From Spironucleus salmonicida (taxonomy: Eukaryota), in assembly GCF_000497125.1 (NCBI RefSeq), contig NC_090598.1, positions 868,001 through 932,000 of the forward strand: a DNA stretch of 64,000 nt. The letters are read 5' to 3'. Below, piece after piece: positions 11,567-23,976 of the stretch. The notes beneath the pieces are model-generated. The model saw only the letters and a program-made list of their open reading frames with translations. It did no database searches and was not told where the DNA came from. Numbering within the stretch: the first letter of the stretch is position 1; the number at the start of each line of letters is the position of its first letter. The position numbers and the translations under genes were made by a program.

Positions 11567-12343
11567 TCATTTGTTTTCAACCAATTCAATAAAATTAAGA
11601 CAACCGTAAAATGCTTATTACTAATTTAAAATAGATACATCGGAAAATTAATTAGAAAATTATTTAAATTACTAATAATTTTTAGAAACAACACCACCTG
11701 TTAAAAATATACTCTATATGTTAAACATTTTTCTTATTTACAGGATATATTATTCTACAAATAAAAAATATTTTTACACGATTTAAGGTCTAGTTTTGAA
11801 TATTTATTTTGCCGTTAAATTGTTTTTACTATAAAATTCGCATAAACTTATTATTCCTTAACTAGATATAATTCTATCATAAGAAATAACTGAAATTTTA
11901 AACTTTCTACATAAAAACTCATTTAGGTCCTGATCTAAATCAACTCGTATATGACCACATTCTGATGCATATACTGTATTATTTACTTTATAGCAAACAC
12001 CAATACCCGTACCAATACCTATAAAAATAGCATTATTACATTTTATAGAATATCCTACACTTTCCATATCGTTTAAAAAATAAACTTCGCCTTTGAAGAG
12101 TGATTACAAATGTTATTTTGAATATTATATTTGACATTTTTCGATTGTAAAATACAAGTTTTTATCATCATGCGGACCAGCTATAGCAATAACTATTTAT
12201 GAATAGTTTAATTTCTAAACTTTATCAATTATTTGTGTAAATTTATCGTTTTGTGTCCTCATTGAAAGTTATTCGATCAACCTACCTTCAGAAAATATTG
12301 CAATCTTCGTATAAGTTGAACCTAGATCAACTATAATTTTCAT
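11567..12343 (-). CDS. glucokinase-like sugar kinase (bacterial Glk type)
   Basis: IVDLGSTYTK, IAIAGP, FLNDME, GIGTGIG, SECGH and LTGGV motifs in one frame with TAA/TAG=Gln. Confidence 0.85.
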
Positions 12344-12438
12344 TTACTTCTATTATATTTTATATATTATAATTAATTATCCAAAATAATAATTTAAACT
12401 TACTATATAATATTTGTTATATAAAATAAATAAATAAA

Positions 12439-13707
12439 ATGATATATTTTTACAGATTATTGACTATTTAGCTATTAGCTGGAATTTCACTAGGTTCTGC
12501 CCTCTCAAACATGTCACGGGACATTATTTAGCTTTATTACATGGATACTTATGGAATTAGCTTCGACGAGGCTGAAGTTATCATTAAGTAGTTTTTACCC
12601 CTATTATCCACGTCTTCGATAATCGGCTTTGCAGCCGGTTCATCGCTATTTTCGTTGATCGCCAAATTCTTAGGGTTCAAACTAACGGCAATGATCGGTT
12701 GCACTGGCGTTTTCCTCTTTACCATCGGGTAATGTATTCCGGTTAATGAATACTTCTTGTTCATTATGCGGGTTTTGGCAGGGTTCTTCTAACTGCTTTT
12801 TATGTGTCCCACACTGGTAATAGTTGGCGAGCATGCCTTGCCTCAGAAACGTGGCATTTTAGGGATGTGGTTCCAGTTTGGAATCACCATTGGAATATTT
12901 ATCAATTCAATAATTTTACTGGTAATTAAGCTCACGTTTCTCAAATTCAACTGCTGGTGGGCCTCCTTTTGTCCAGCCATTCTGAGCTCCCTCGCGGGGC
13001 TCATTTTGCTTTTTTTCACGCCGGATGTCCAGAAGCGGATCCACAAAGAGGTAAATTATTCGTAGATTTTCACCAGGGAGTACGGCGAGTTGCTGCTGTG
13101 TACGGTTTTTCTGGGCATCAACCAGCAGTGGACGGGGATCAATGGCGTCATTGTTTTCGCGAACGAGATCTTTAAAAACCAGTTCAACTCTGAGTTTTCG
13201 TCTATCATCTGCAACTTTGTTATTGCATCAGTGAATATCGTTTTTACGGTCATAGCGCTGCTGCTGATCGAACGACTGGGCCGGCGACGGCTTCTTTTTA
13301 CGGGGCTCACGATTTGCTTCATGAGTCAGTGTATAATCCTATCAAACTACGGTCTGCGGTAGCCCTCGCAGCCACTACTGCTAGGGTGCTACATCAGTTT
13401 CATTATCGGGTTCGCGGTCGGTCCGGGGCCGATTTTATACGTCCTCGCCTCTGAAATTTTCCCAATTTCTGCTAAGAGTATGTTTATCGGAATTCTTATG
13501 TCCTGCAATTACGTTTCGCATCTTTTCGTGATCGTTTTGTTTCCAATTCTGACCGACTGGGCGAATTTTATTCTGTACATCAGCCTGACGATTTCGACCA
13601 CATTTGTTCTATTCTTCTATTGCCCTGAGACAAAGGGTAAGACGCAGGCTGAAATTCAAGAGACGCTGGCAAATTCGACGAATTTCCGGATTTCAGTTGT
13701 AGAATGA
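12439..13707 (+). CDS. MFS sugar porter (hexose transporter-like)
   Basis: QQWTGING, IERLGRRRLL, GPGPI..SEIFP and PETKGKT signatures; joined through TAA/TAG. Confidence 0.92.
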
Positions 13708-13741
13708 ATTTTTGATATATAATAATACTATTATACGAAAA

Positions 13742-14891
13742 ATGCTTAAAGCCGTTTTGGACATTTTCTACCAAATATGCGCTATTCCGCACGGGTCAGC
13801 TGATACTTCGGCACTCGAGAGCTTTATTAAGGATTATGCAGTTGCAAATGACTGAAATCTGGATTCAGACACAGCAGGTAATCTTCTGCTCGCCAGGGAC
13901 CTCCCTGGGACGCCGATACTCACCATTCAGGCCCACATGGACATGGTGAAGACATTAGATCGCGAAATAACGCCAATGGTGCACGGAAACTTGCTATTTT
14001 CGCCAGGGACCTCCCTGGGCGCCGACAACGCCACCCTATCGAGCTGCTGCTAACGAATTCCGAGGAGACGACGATGAGCGGTGCGCACGGGCTCGGCGTG
14101 GCCCCGAAGTCGCCAATTCTGCTCAACACGGACTGGACATCGGACCGCGAATTGCTGATCCACGCCAACGGGGGCTTCTGCGCGCGCCTGCGGTTCCCGT
14201 TCGCCCCGGAACTCGCAAATTAAGCGGAGAAGGTCTTCGCCGACAAAGACGAGCGCGTGCTGACCGCCGGCGCACTGGGAAGCCCCATTTTGGAGTACCT
14301 AGAGCAGATTCAGTTTGTGGCGAGCGCGCAGTGCGGATCTGCGCCAGGGAAGGTCATGAACCAGCGAAGGTCATGAACCAGCGAAGATCATGAACCGGGG
14401 CTCCTCGTGGCCGAAAACAAGCAGATCGCAACGCTCCGGAACAGCCAGCGCCAGTTGGTGCAAAATATTAACATTGGCGTTATCCAGGCCGCTGGGGACG
14501 AGATTACCCTCGAATTGCACGTGCGGGCAAGCTGTAATTTGGAGGACATCGCGGCCCAAATCTCGCGAATTTGCGCTAAATTCGGTGGAGATTTTACGGT
14601 TTTCCAGGCGTACAACCACGAAATCCGCGAGATCCTCCCTGCCTTCAAAGTGGCGAAAAGCGAAGCGTATGGGGTGCTGCTGCAGAGCTTCAGTACCGCA
14701 CCAGATGAAATTTTTTACGAGGGCGGAACGGAAATAGGCGTTTTGCAGTAGAAACTGGCACACACGGAGCACTTTGTTATCGGGTGCAATATTCACGACA
14801 CGCACACGGAGCAGGAGCGGGTGGAGCTAGACAGCATTGCGCGAATGTGCTACGTTGCTGAGCGGTTTATTTTGCTGTTGAAAAAATGTGA
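13742..14891 (+). pseudogene. pepD: aminoacyl-histidine dipeptidase (PepD, M20 family) pseudogene
   Basis: ICAIPHGS, QAHMDMV, GTSLGADN, HPIELLLTNSEET and HDTHTEQERV motifs; in-frame TGA at 13853 and 14374; frameshift near 14030; 3' end approximate. Confidence 0.75.
14349..14396 (+). repeat. 17-bp tandem repeat GAAGGTCATGAACCAGC, about 2.8 copies
   Basis: Directly visible. Confidence 0.9.
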
Positions 14892-14941
14892 ATATTATAT
14901 GAATTTAAATGTTTTATTTTTCACTCCAATTACCTTTAAAA

Positions 14942-16882
14942 ATGTCAGACACGGTGAAAGTGATTATTCGCTGCAGGCCGTTTAACCAGAAAGAGGCAAA
15001 CGAGGGCGCGCACAACGTTGTGTTTTCAAACAAAGAGCTGTGCACAGTTACAGTTAATCCGCCAGATTATGACCCGAAAAACCCTGGAAACGACAAGGAC
15101 GCGAAATCTATGGGCAAAAAAGTGCCCAGGACATTCACTTTTGACGGTGTTTTCGGTATTGAATCCAAAAACATCGATATCTTCCTAGAGTCGTTCAGGC
15201 CAGTAATCCATTCGCTGATGGAGGGCTTCAACGCCTGCATTTTCGCATACGGCCAGACCGGCTCCGGGAAGACCTACACGATGGCCGGGGACAAAAATCA
15301 ACCAGGATGCACGCCGAATTCGTTTCAATTTTTGTTCGACCAAATCGCCAAAAACACGGCCGTGGAGTACCTGGTAACTGGTTCCTACATCGAAATCTAC
15401 AACGAGCATGTGATGGATCTGATCACGCCAGGTGGAAACTTGCCGCTCCGTGAGCACCCAGAAAAGGGTATTTTCATTGCTGGGCTCACGGAGCACACAG
15501 TGCAGACCGATGAGCAGCTACTGGAACTCATGGACAAGGGCTTCAGCAACCGCTCGGTCGCCGCCACCAAAATGAACGCCACGTCCTCCCGCTCGCACTC
15601 AATTTTTATGGTAAAATTGGAGTGCGCAGAAACGATCCAAAACAAGGAAACTATCCGCGTCGGGAGGCTCAATTTGGTCGATTTAGCGGGTTCTGAGCGC
15701 CAGGGAAAGACGGGCGCCGAGGGCCAACGGCTCAGCGAGGCGAACGCGATCAACCTATCGCTCACAACGCTCGGAATCGTCATTTAGAAGCTCGTAGACG
15801 GCTCCAACCACATCCCGTACCGCGATTCGGTCCTCACGCGCCTCCTGCAGAATTCGCTCGGCGGAAACTCGAAAACGCTCATGGTAGCGGCCGTGAACCC
15901 GGCGTCCACGAACTACGACGAGACCATGTCAACTTTGCGCTACGCGGACCAGGCAAAAAAGATCAAAAACAAGCCAAAAGTCAACGAGGACCCCAAAGAC
16001 GCCCAGATTCGCGAGATGCGCGACCGCATCAAAAAGCTCGAGGACCAGCTCCAAAACGCGATGCAGAACGGCGGAAATGTGCTGATTTTGCAGCAAATTC
16101 AGCAGAAAATCCTCCAAATTCAACCGGACGAGCAGCTTGAAGAAATAGAGGAAATAGAGGAGTACAGCGACCCGTAGCAGGCCGAGCAGATGCGAATTCT
16201 TCGCGAGAACCAGAAAATCCTCTCAGCGAAGATGCTAGAGCAGGAGCAGAGCACGAGCGCGGCGAAACTGACGATTCAAGACATGAAAAACACGCTAAAA
16301 ACGCTCAAAAACGAAGTCATCTCCGGGAAGCAGCTAATCGATCAGAATCGCGAGCGGGAGCGCGCGTTGCGGGAGGCGCGAATTAAGCTCGCGGAGCGCC
16401 TGGAGCGCGAGGGAAATTTGCGGAAAGAACTCGATTTTAAGGAGCGGAAAATCGCTGAAAACCACGCAAAACGCCTCTCGACGGGGCAGGAAGTTGAGGG
16501 CCTGAAGCGCAAAATTGAGGGCCTGAAGGGGGCCATAAAGGGCACGATTTAGGACATTCAGGAGGTGAAAGAGGAGCAGCAGCGATTTTTAGACGATTTG
16601 GTGCGGGAGCAGCAAAACGCGATTTAGGCGATTGATCAAAAGTCACTTTTAATTCAACTTTTCATTCCACCTCACGAAATTGACAAAATTTCGAACAATT
16701 TGAAATTCAACGAATCGGCGCTGAAATTCGACGAAATCAGCAGAGAAAAAATCGACAGAATTATGATGGAGGCCAGGAACGCGAAAATCAAGTTTCCGCG
16801 CGGAAATTTGGTGGCGCAAGAGGGGGGCCTGGGGGGGCTGGATATGCAGAGGGAGGCCGTGGAAAAGACTGTGGTTAAGTGA
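14942..16882 (+). CDS. kinesin-2 (KIF3-like) motor
   Basis: [28 protein letters not shown] and NEDPKDA neck; coiled-coil stalk; resembles Giardia kinesin-2 as recalled. Confidence 0.93.
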
Positions 16883-17655
16883 TTGGGGTGATTTTTGGTG
16901 ATTTTTGGGAAAGGGAAAATGTTGTATAATAATGTATAATAATGGTAATAATGTGTAATAATGGTAATTGGATGAAATCGGTTTTTTAATTTTCGGTAAT
17001 ACTGATTATTATATGAAAAATAGATTTTTAGTTGTTGTTTTAGTTAAGTTTCTGGTTTCGCATTCGGGAAATGTTGTTGATATATGGTGATATGGCGTAT
17101 TCAAGGAAGTTGTGTTTTATAAAATGAGAAAGATGGCGTGCGCGAAGTTGTTGTTGTCTCCGCTGGTTAGGATACGCAATGTGAGTAAAATCATGCGATA
17201 GACGCCCAGAAGCCCAGGAAAGTACAGTTATAGTGTGCCGTTAGCACCAATTGTGCCAGTGGAGAGATTAGGTAATATTTAACAATATTCAGGACAAGAC
17301 TCCATTACGGAAATTAATTTGTCCTTCATCAATCGAGAGTTAATAATAGAATAAAAAAACGCATTAAAGCTAAAATAAGATATTCAGAATAGTTACTTAA
17401 TTTGCTAATAGCATTTTTCAAGGCTTGAATTAATAGATAGGTCAGTTGATACCATACTTTCTAAACTAGGTTGTTGGGTACCTATTGTTATTTGATTTTG
17501 ATATGGTGCATAATTTAACGATATTATATAAAAGTATACATGTAATGAATTTTTATATAATTGGTTTATAAGTTCGTATAAATTAAGATTTATTTTCTAT
17601 TAATAATATTTTACCCAATATTTAAAATAGTATACTAATATAGGTATTAATTAAA

Positions 17656-17883
17656 ATGCCAATAAACATTTTACCCTTTGGTAAGAAAAATAAGTCTTAG
17701 TTACACATGAACCAATCAGAAGCAAACTTAACTAGTAAAAAATACGACAATATGTCATCAATAGAGTTTTTAAACAATGAAGTTGGCAATCCCAAAAGTG
17801 CTTACCAGTTTTTAGATTTTGTTCCTGACTTTGATTTAAATAGCGAAAATTCATAAGAACATAAAGTAAAAGGTAAAAAGTGA
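17656..17883 (+). CDS. hypothetical small protein (75 aa)
   Basis: ATG to AAGTGA with TAA/TAG=Gln. Confidence 0.5.
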
Positions 17884-18060
17884 GTAAACTCTAATTTATT
17901 GATCATTTACCTATGAGCGCTCGTGATTTTAATATTATATAATTTAAGAAGATATCGTATACTAAATATTTTAAATAGGGAAACTAGTACGCCGTTAGAT
18001 AATTTCACTCATAATTAGTCAATATACAGATATATACGTATTTTAGTTAAGAAAAATTAT

Positions 18061-18480
18061 TCAACAGCATCTCTTTTTTCTATTTCGTTATCCAGTAACC
18101 TCGCTTTTATGATAAGTCTAAAAGATGTGATCCTTTGGAGATTTCAACATCAGTGTCTCATTTGTAACTTCAGTTACAATTATTAAGTTCTTTAACAAAG
18201 CATACTTCTAAGAAACGTCATCATGGACCTTTACTATAAGGTATTAGTTCTAAATTGTCGGCAAATTCAACTAAAATACTAATTAGTCGTAAAATATTAG
18301 CATTAAATCTGCATTGAAAGCGTAGTGCTTGTAAAATGCTTCACTAGGCAAATACCAAAATACTATATCACCTTTATTGACAAAAACAGGATAGTTAAAC
18401 TATAAGAAACTTGGAAGCTGCTAGTGCACCATAAATTCATTGACTAAAGCGATATTTCCAATCAAAATTACTTTTTGCAT
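18061..18480 (-). CDS. degenerate Rab/Ras-like protein with polybasic CC terminus
   Basis: MQKVILIGN, IVFWYLPSEAFYKHYAFNADLMLIFYD, ends RNRKKRCC. Confidence 0.55.
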
Positions 18481-18504
18481 TTTAAAAATATCTTTATTAT
18501 ATTT

Positions 18505-19008
18505 TCATATAATTAATTCATCATCAGAAGTAACGTTTAAATCTCTAAAAATTTGTGAATTTAGTCTCACCATTCCCTCAACTTTGAGATCCACACCAGT
18601 AAGGTTACTATTACTGGGTATAATTCGGCTACAATTTCGCACTATAGGTTTAGATGATGTACAACTAGGGATAAGCTTATAGTACTTATTAGTATTATTA
18701 TTTTATATTCTAGCAGAAATTCGTGGTGATAATCTTTTAAAATTTGCATCTGCTGTATACAAAGATTTCAGATCGATTTTGAAATTATTTTGTTTCGCTT
18801 ACTATATTTTACAGATACCTAAGAAAGATACTTCTCTCTTTAGTTTCCGTTAAATTTACAGTAAATGGTCCTTTTCATCTCCTGGCATCACTAACTTTGG
18901 ATATGTAGAGATACTTTATTATGCAGTAATTTTGTCATGTGTTTTAATCTCCATACGTTTTTATTAGTTCATTGCTTGCTCATATAAAAGTTCAATGGGT
19001 TTCGGCAT
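18505..19008 (-). CDS. hypothetical protein (167 aa)
   Basis: Open with TAA/TAG=Gln. Confidence 0.55.
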
Positions 19009-19045
19009 TTTCAATTATATAATTATATGTAATTATATATGTATT

Positions 19046-19492
19046 TCACTTCTTTTTATATTGCGTTAATGTTTTTAACTTAGAGTCTTATGGTTGGTTT
19101 TAGTTTTATGATCGCAGTGAGGAAAATTACACTAGTTATTTGGTTTTTATAGGAGAATGCTGTCTAAATGGGCTATTTTACAATGATTGTGGATTAGTGC
19201 GAGATAGTTTTTTCTAAGCAGTTTTTCTCGATTTTTCTGGGCAATCCTCTACCGACTCATTAGATATATAGCTATTTATCAGCTATATATCCATATCCTC
19301 TAGCTGATTTGCCAATAAGCTCCTAGGAGTTTCCTTTTTACCAGTTTTCGCCTAAAAATCCTAGCTATTAGTAATAAAATTTAGCCGCTAGCTCATCTTA
19401 TCCAGTTTATTATTGATATAAAGCTTCTCTAGCTACGCTAGCGACTTTGTCTAGTTCTACTTCGGCATAAATCTGTGAATACTAGATTCCAT
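19046..19492 (-). CDS. hypothetical protein (148 aa)
   Basis: Open with TAA/TAG=Gln; ends AAGTGA. Confidence 0.55.
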
Positions 19493-19610
19493 TTTGGGTG
19501 TTATCTAAAAATAGTAATATAATATCTTATATAAAAGTACAAAAAGCAGCATTATATTATAAACTTTATTTTTACCATTACTACAATTTCAACGCTCGCC
19601 ATGACCACCA

Positions 19611-20207
19611 TCAGCCCATTGTGGCCAGAACCTGACCTGCCAGCTCCTGCACCTGACAACAGACTTGGCAGCCCTCGAATTCTGTAACTCTCCCGAATCC
19701 CCATGAAACACCTAAAAACGCGACGTTTGCGCGCGCAGCGGCGTATAAATCTACCACTGTATCACCGACAAGCACCGCTTACGCCGCTCCCTGCAGCATC
19801 TCCGGGTCTGGCTTCGGCCGATATTCCGGAACGGCCCGCACCTCGTCGAATACGTCTGCTATCGCCAGCTATCGCAGCTGGAAACACACGCTTTCCCGAT
19901 CCCGGTTCGTCGACAGAATAATCCTACAGCCCGCACGCCGCAGAATCCGGATCTGGTCCACGACGTGCGGGAATAAGACTGGCATTGTCTGTCTGGTAAT
20001 GATGTCATAGATATTTCGTGCGTCTGGGTGATTTTCAAAAACTGTGGCCACGAAGAAGGCCGAAGCTGCGCCGACTGGAACGGCATTGTAGAACTCGGCC
20101 TCGGTGTGGAACTCAAGCCCCAGCAGCTCCCGCGTCTGGCGAACTATTTAGTACAGCGTAGCCTTTGTGTCGCAAATCGTGCCGTCGAAGTCCAGAAATA
20201 CAGTCAT
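19611..20207 (-). CDS. HAD-superfamily phosphatase (phosphoglycolate phosphatase-like)
   Basis: FLDFDGTICDT, LSTN, RPKPDP, LVGDTVVD and SWGFG motifs. Confidence 0.88.
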
Positions 20208-20516
20208 TAATCTGTCTCGCAAACTTAGTAGGATTGGGGCAACCAGAGGAAATTAGAAATAATATTTTATTATATAATTTAGTATTTAAAATAGTAAAGC
20301 AGTGAAAAAGTGAAAACGAATCTAACTTTTAACTTTAAATAGTGAGAAGCGTGCTTAGCAGGTTAAAACGAGTATAACTCAGGTGAAAAATGAAAATCAT
20401 GATCGGGTAGTTTACGCTGCAACTACCTTGTTATTTCTCGAGTTACCACTGTCTTCAGACTAGGGCGAATTGTTGTTTTTGGCTATACTCTATCTTCGAT
20501 AAGGGGATCTAATAAC

Positions 20517-20837
20517 CGCGAATCCGAATAAACTGCCACTCCACAAATGCAGGTGGACCTCCAGCTCGACGCCACGCTGCGTTACATCGACCGCTATCAG
20601 GGCTGCCGCTCCGACACGCCCCAGAAGTCGTGTACTCAGTTCGCCGGATACGCGACAGTGCGCCCCACGGCGGAGCTGTACCCCCTGCCAGCGCTGCCGC
20701 CGCACCGCTGTGCCTCCCGCAAACCAGAGGTCGGGGATGGCCGGCAGAGGCTGAACGAGGTGCGCAACTTCAGGCGCGGCTGGCGCTTCTGAGTGAGGGG
20801 TTGGGTAATTTGTGTATCGAATGCGGCGGTCACGCCG
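20517..20837 (+). repeat. 321-bp dispersed direct repeat, copy 1
   Basis: Matches 37113-37433 at constant offset 16596. Confidence 0.93.
20547..20792 (+). CDS. hypothetical small protein (81 aa), copy 1
   Basis: CCACTCCACAA before ATG; ends TGAGTGA. Confidence 0.65.
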   Translation: MQVDLQLDATLRYIDRYQGCRSDTPQKSCTQFAGYATVRPTAELYPLPALPPHRCASRKPEVGDGRQRLNEVRNFRRGWRF

Positions 20838-21117
20838 GGATGGGAATATGCGTGAAGTTGGAAGACCCTTTCCATACCTTCATGTTGCTATGCGGCTAAA
20901 CTTAGTTTTTTATGTTTGATAAGAACAATTTTAGGTTTTAAGTAGTTTTAACCTCAAACAATGTAAATTTATCTGAATGAGGTATACAAATTAAACTCTA
21001 AGATACTTATTTGTAAGAATTAAATATTGAAGAACAACCGTAAATGCAGATGAACAGGACGGACAATATCAAGAATTACCTGGTGCTCCGGGACCGCCTG
21101 CTGAACTGGCTGTGACC

Positions 21118-22176
21118 TCAGACCATCCCCAGCAGCACGAACAGGTTGTTGATCTCGGCCGTAAATTTCCCCTTAATGCGCTTCGCGGTCTGTATAATCC
21201 TGGCTGGATCCCCGCCGCCTTGTTTCATCATCTACACGACGCCCTCATCGCCGTTCTCCAATATTTCGCAGCTCGACTCATAGGCGTACGCAATCAGCAC
21301 TTCGAGCAATGTCTGGTCTAAATTGGTGCTCGCCATGACCACGTCTAAGATTCTCAGTGAGAATTTAATTCCTTTCTTGGCGAAGCCCGTGAAGATCAGT
21401 CCGCTGAGCGCGCAGTCCACCAGATGATAGACGCTCTGCGACAGTCGCTCCTGGATGACGTGCAAGGGCTCGCCCTGGTCCTCGAACAGGCGGATGACCG
21501 CCTTGAAAATGCAAATGGAGTACGTCTTGATGGTCTGCTCCGCAAACGACTGGAAATCCCGGAACACCCTGGACCCGCAGTAGTGCAAGACCAGCGCCAG
21601 CGCCTGTTCCTCCGTGTCCGCGGTCAGTAACAGCACAGCGGTTAGAAGCGACAGCCCCTGCACGTAGAAGTTGTTGTGGAGGATGGCGGCGCACACCACG
21701 TTGTTCAGTGGATGGAACAACAGCTGGCCTGCCTGGAACAGCCAGAGCGAGGAGAAGGTCCGGTCGATGTCCGCGAGCAGCATCGAGTGCTGCTAGACGT
21801 AGTTGCTCGCCAGGAACTGCGTCTCCAGGATGTCCCTGTCGTGCACCAGGTTGAACTCGGCGTTCATTGGCAGGAGCTTCACGCGGTAGAGCAGGTCCCG
21901 CGCCGTCTGCAGCGTCTGCGCGCCCAGGAACGTCGTGTACAGCAGGGACCGGTTGTAGATATCCACCGGCAGCTCGAGCCTGTCTAGGTTTTTAAAGTTT
22001 ATCTCGTGGTAGGGGACCGACTTTTTGGGGTAGATCGTGGTTTTGAAAACTTTGGCCTCCTGCTGGGTTTTCGCGGAGGCCTTCATATAGTCGTCGATGA
22101 TCTTCTTGGGCAGACTGGTCTCGCTGAAGACCTGCTTGTAGATGAAGATCCTCTGCTCGGGCTATATTTTGTCCAT
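21118..22176 (-). CDS. TBC-domain Rab GTPase-activating protein, copy 1
   Basis: LLADIDRTF (IxxDxxR-like) and YVQG motifs; joined through TAG. Confidence 0.82.
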
Positions 22177-22884
22177 TCTGGGAAGTGATTCTATCGACAG
22201 TACCGTATAATATCAAATATTCATTAGTTTTTGAATAGTCGCGCATATATGAGTATGGCCAGATCGGTGCGGGTACAAGTATATTGGTAAATTAGTTGGT
22301 TTTTCTGAAATTAAATCAAATTTGCGAGAGAGTTTCTGCGTGCGCGGAGCAATCCTGGCGATCCGCGGAGTGACTCGGCGCCAGCGGGGGGCGATTGGGC
22401 CTTGCGCGGAGTCGTGGGGAGGCGCCTGCCCGTACTGCTGCAGGGACGCTGCTGCCGGATAATTTATGTCTGCCCGTGCGCCGGCACTGTCTTCGCGGCG
22501 TTGCCCGCTGAGTACGGGTGGGATGGTGAGCAGCGAGCCCGCCCTGCTCCGCCAGGTCAGCTGGGCCTGAGTGGGGTGTCCAAAGTCGCTAATGCCAAAT
22601 TGCGAAAATGCTCTGCCGGCCTCCACACCGCAGCTCTTGCATTCTGGGTGCGGGACGGCTGCGGGCGCAAGAGGACCCGGTGCCGCTGCATCTGCCTCCT
22701 CCAGAGCCCTGGGCGGGCCGGATAGCATATACTATGTGGTATTGTATACTAGTAATCCCACCCTACACTTGCCTCGGCGGCCGCCGGCCCAGAGCGATGC
22801 CTGGCTGAATGCAGCAGCGAGTTTATGACGGCCGCCATTTGCGCGTATAGACTATAATAATGAGGTTACGTAACGCCAAAATAA

Positions 22885-23964
22885 ATGAACGAGTTTGCCC
22901 TGCAGCTGCTCAAGTGCCTCCTGTCCGTCCTCGCGTCCCTGCCCATCGCCGTCATCGTCTTCGGCACCGTCTTCCTGTGCTGCGGGATGAGCCCGCGGTA
23001 CTTCGAAATATTCTACGGCGACATAATCTCGAGCCTCACCCTCGCCTCGCTGCTGACCCAGCGCACCTTCAAGGAGGCAGAAAAGCGCCTGGAGAAGCTC
23101 CACTACGTCGTGAAGTACATAATCGTGTCGTCACTCGTCGTGGGCTGCGGGGTGCTGCTCTTTGCGGCGGAGTCCTTCTTCGTCTTGCGCTACTTCCCAG
23201 GGCAGACGGACATCATCATCCTGCACAGGTACTGGTTCACGATCACCGTCATGATGTCGCTGTTCTTCTTCGACCATCAGGTGATCCACCACCCATACCC
23301 GTACAAGATCATCTTCTGGTACCTGATTAGCTGGCTGCTGTACTACGTCATCAACGACTCCATCCCGCTCTCACTCGCCCGGACCACGATCTACATCGGG
23401 TTTTACCGGCACCACATCCTCCGGTTCATGCCCACCGAGTTCCTGACGACCCCGAACCGGCTGGTGATCTTCTCCGTGCTGCTCTGCCTGCACACGATAA
23501 TATTCCAGGAGCTGGCGATGCTCTCCGACGCCTCGGCCGAGCTGGCCCAGTACCGCGCGATCTACTACCAGTCGTTCCTGAACTTCGGGTTCACGCTCGC
23601 CAACCACCGGCTGGTGAAGAGGCAGCAGCAGAAGGTGCTGGTGAACAAGAAGTACCTGCCCGTATACATCCTGATCTGCTACGGGTACGGCATCATCATC
23701 GGGTTCCTGGTGATGCTGGTGTACCACGGCGTGTTCTTCCCCTACTTCTTCCAGAAGGTCATCTCGCAGGAGCTCCCCAAGACCGACAGCCTGTACGTGG
23801 CCAGCACGCTGAACTGGATCGACCGGGTCTCCTACGTGCAGACCCTGTCGTACGTGCGGCCGAAGGAGGACGTAGAGCAGCCGCACGACGACCACCATGG
23901 CCTGATAGTCAGCACGCCCCACAGCGTCACGGAGAACCTGAGCCAGCTAGAGCATGTGCTGTGA
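22885..23964 (+). CDS. multi-pass membrane protein (359 aa), copy 1
   Basis: Several hydrophobic helices, GC3 bias; family not recognised. Confidence 0.8.
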   Translation: MNEFALQLLKCLLSVLASLPIAVIVFGTVFLCCGMSPRYFEIFYGDIISSLTLASLLTQRTFKEAEKRLEKLHYVVKYIIVSSLVVGCGVLLFAAESFFVLRYFPGQTDIIILHRYWFTITVMMSLFFFDHQVIHHPYPYKIIFWYLISWLLYYVINDSIPLSLARTTIYIGFYRHHILRFMPTEFLTTPNRLVIFSVLLCLHTIIFQELAMLSDASAELAQYRAIYYQSFLNFGFTLANHRLVKRQQQKVLVNKKYLPVYILICYGYGIIIGFLVMLVYHGVFFPYFFQKVISQELPKTDSLYVASTLNWIDRVSYVQTLSYVRPKEDVEQPHDDHHGLIVSTPHSVTENLSQLEHVL

Positions 23965-23976
23965 GGCAATACACCA

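Noticed and set aside
13853-13855. TGA as selenocysteine in PepD
   Set aside because: Non-catalytic position, and the gene has other disabling lesions.
14349-14396. CRISPR-like repeat
   Set aside because: Contiguous tandem units with no spacers, no cas genes, eukaryotic context.
17150-17230. tRNA-like TGGTTAGGATAC
   Set aside because: No T-arm GTTC motif or acceptor stem.
19601-20001. Plus-strand ORF over the HAD gene
   Set aside because: The minus-strand frame carries all the HAD motifs.
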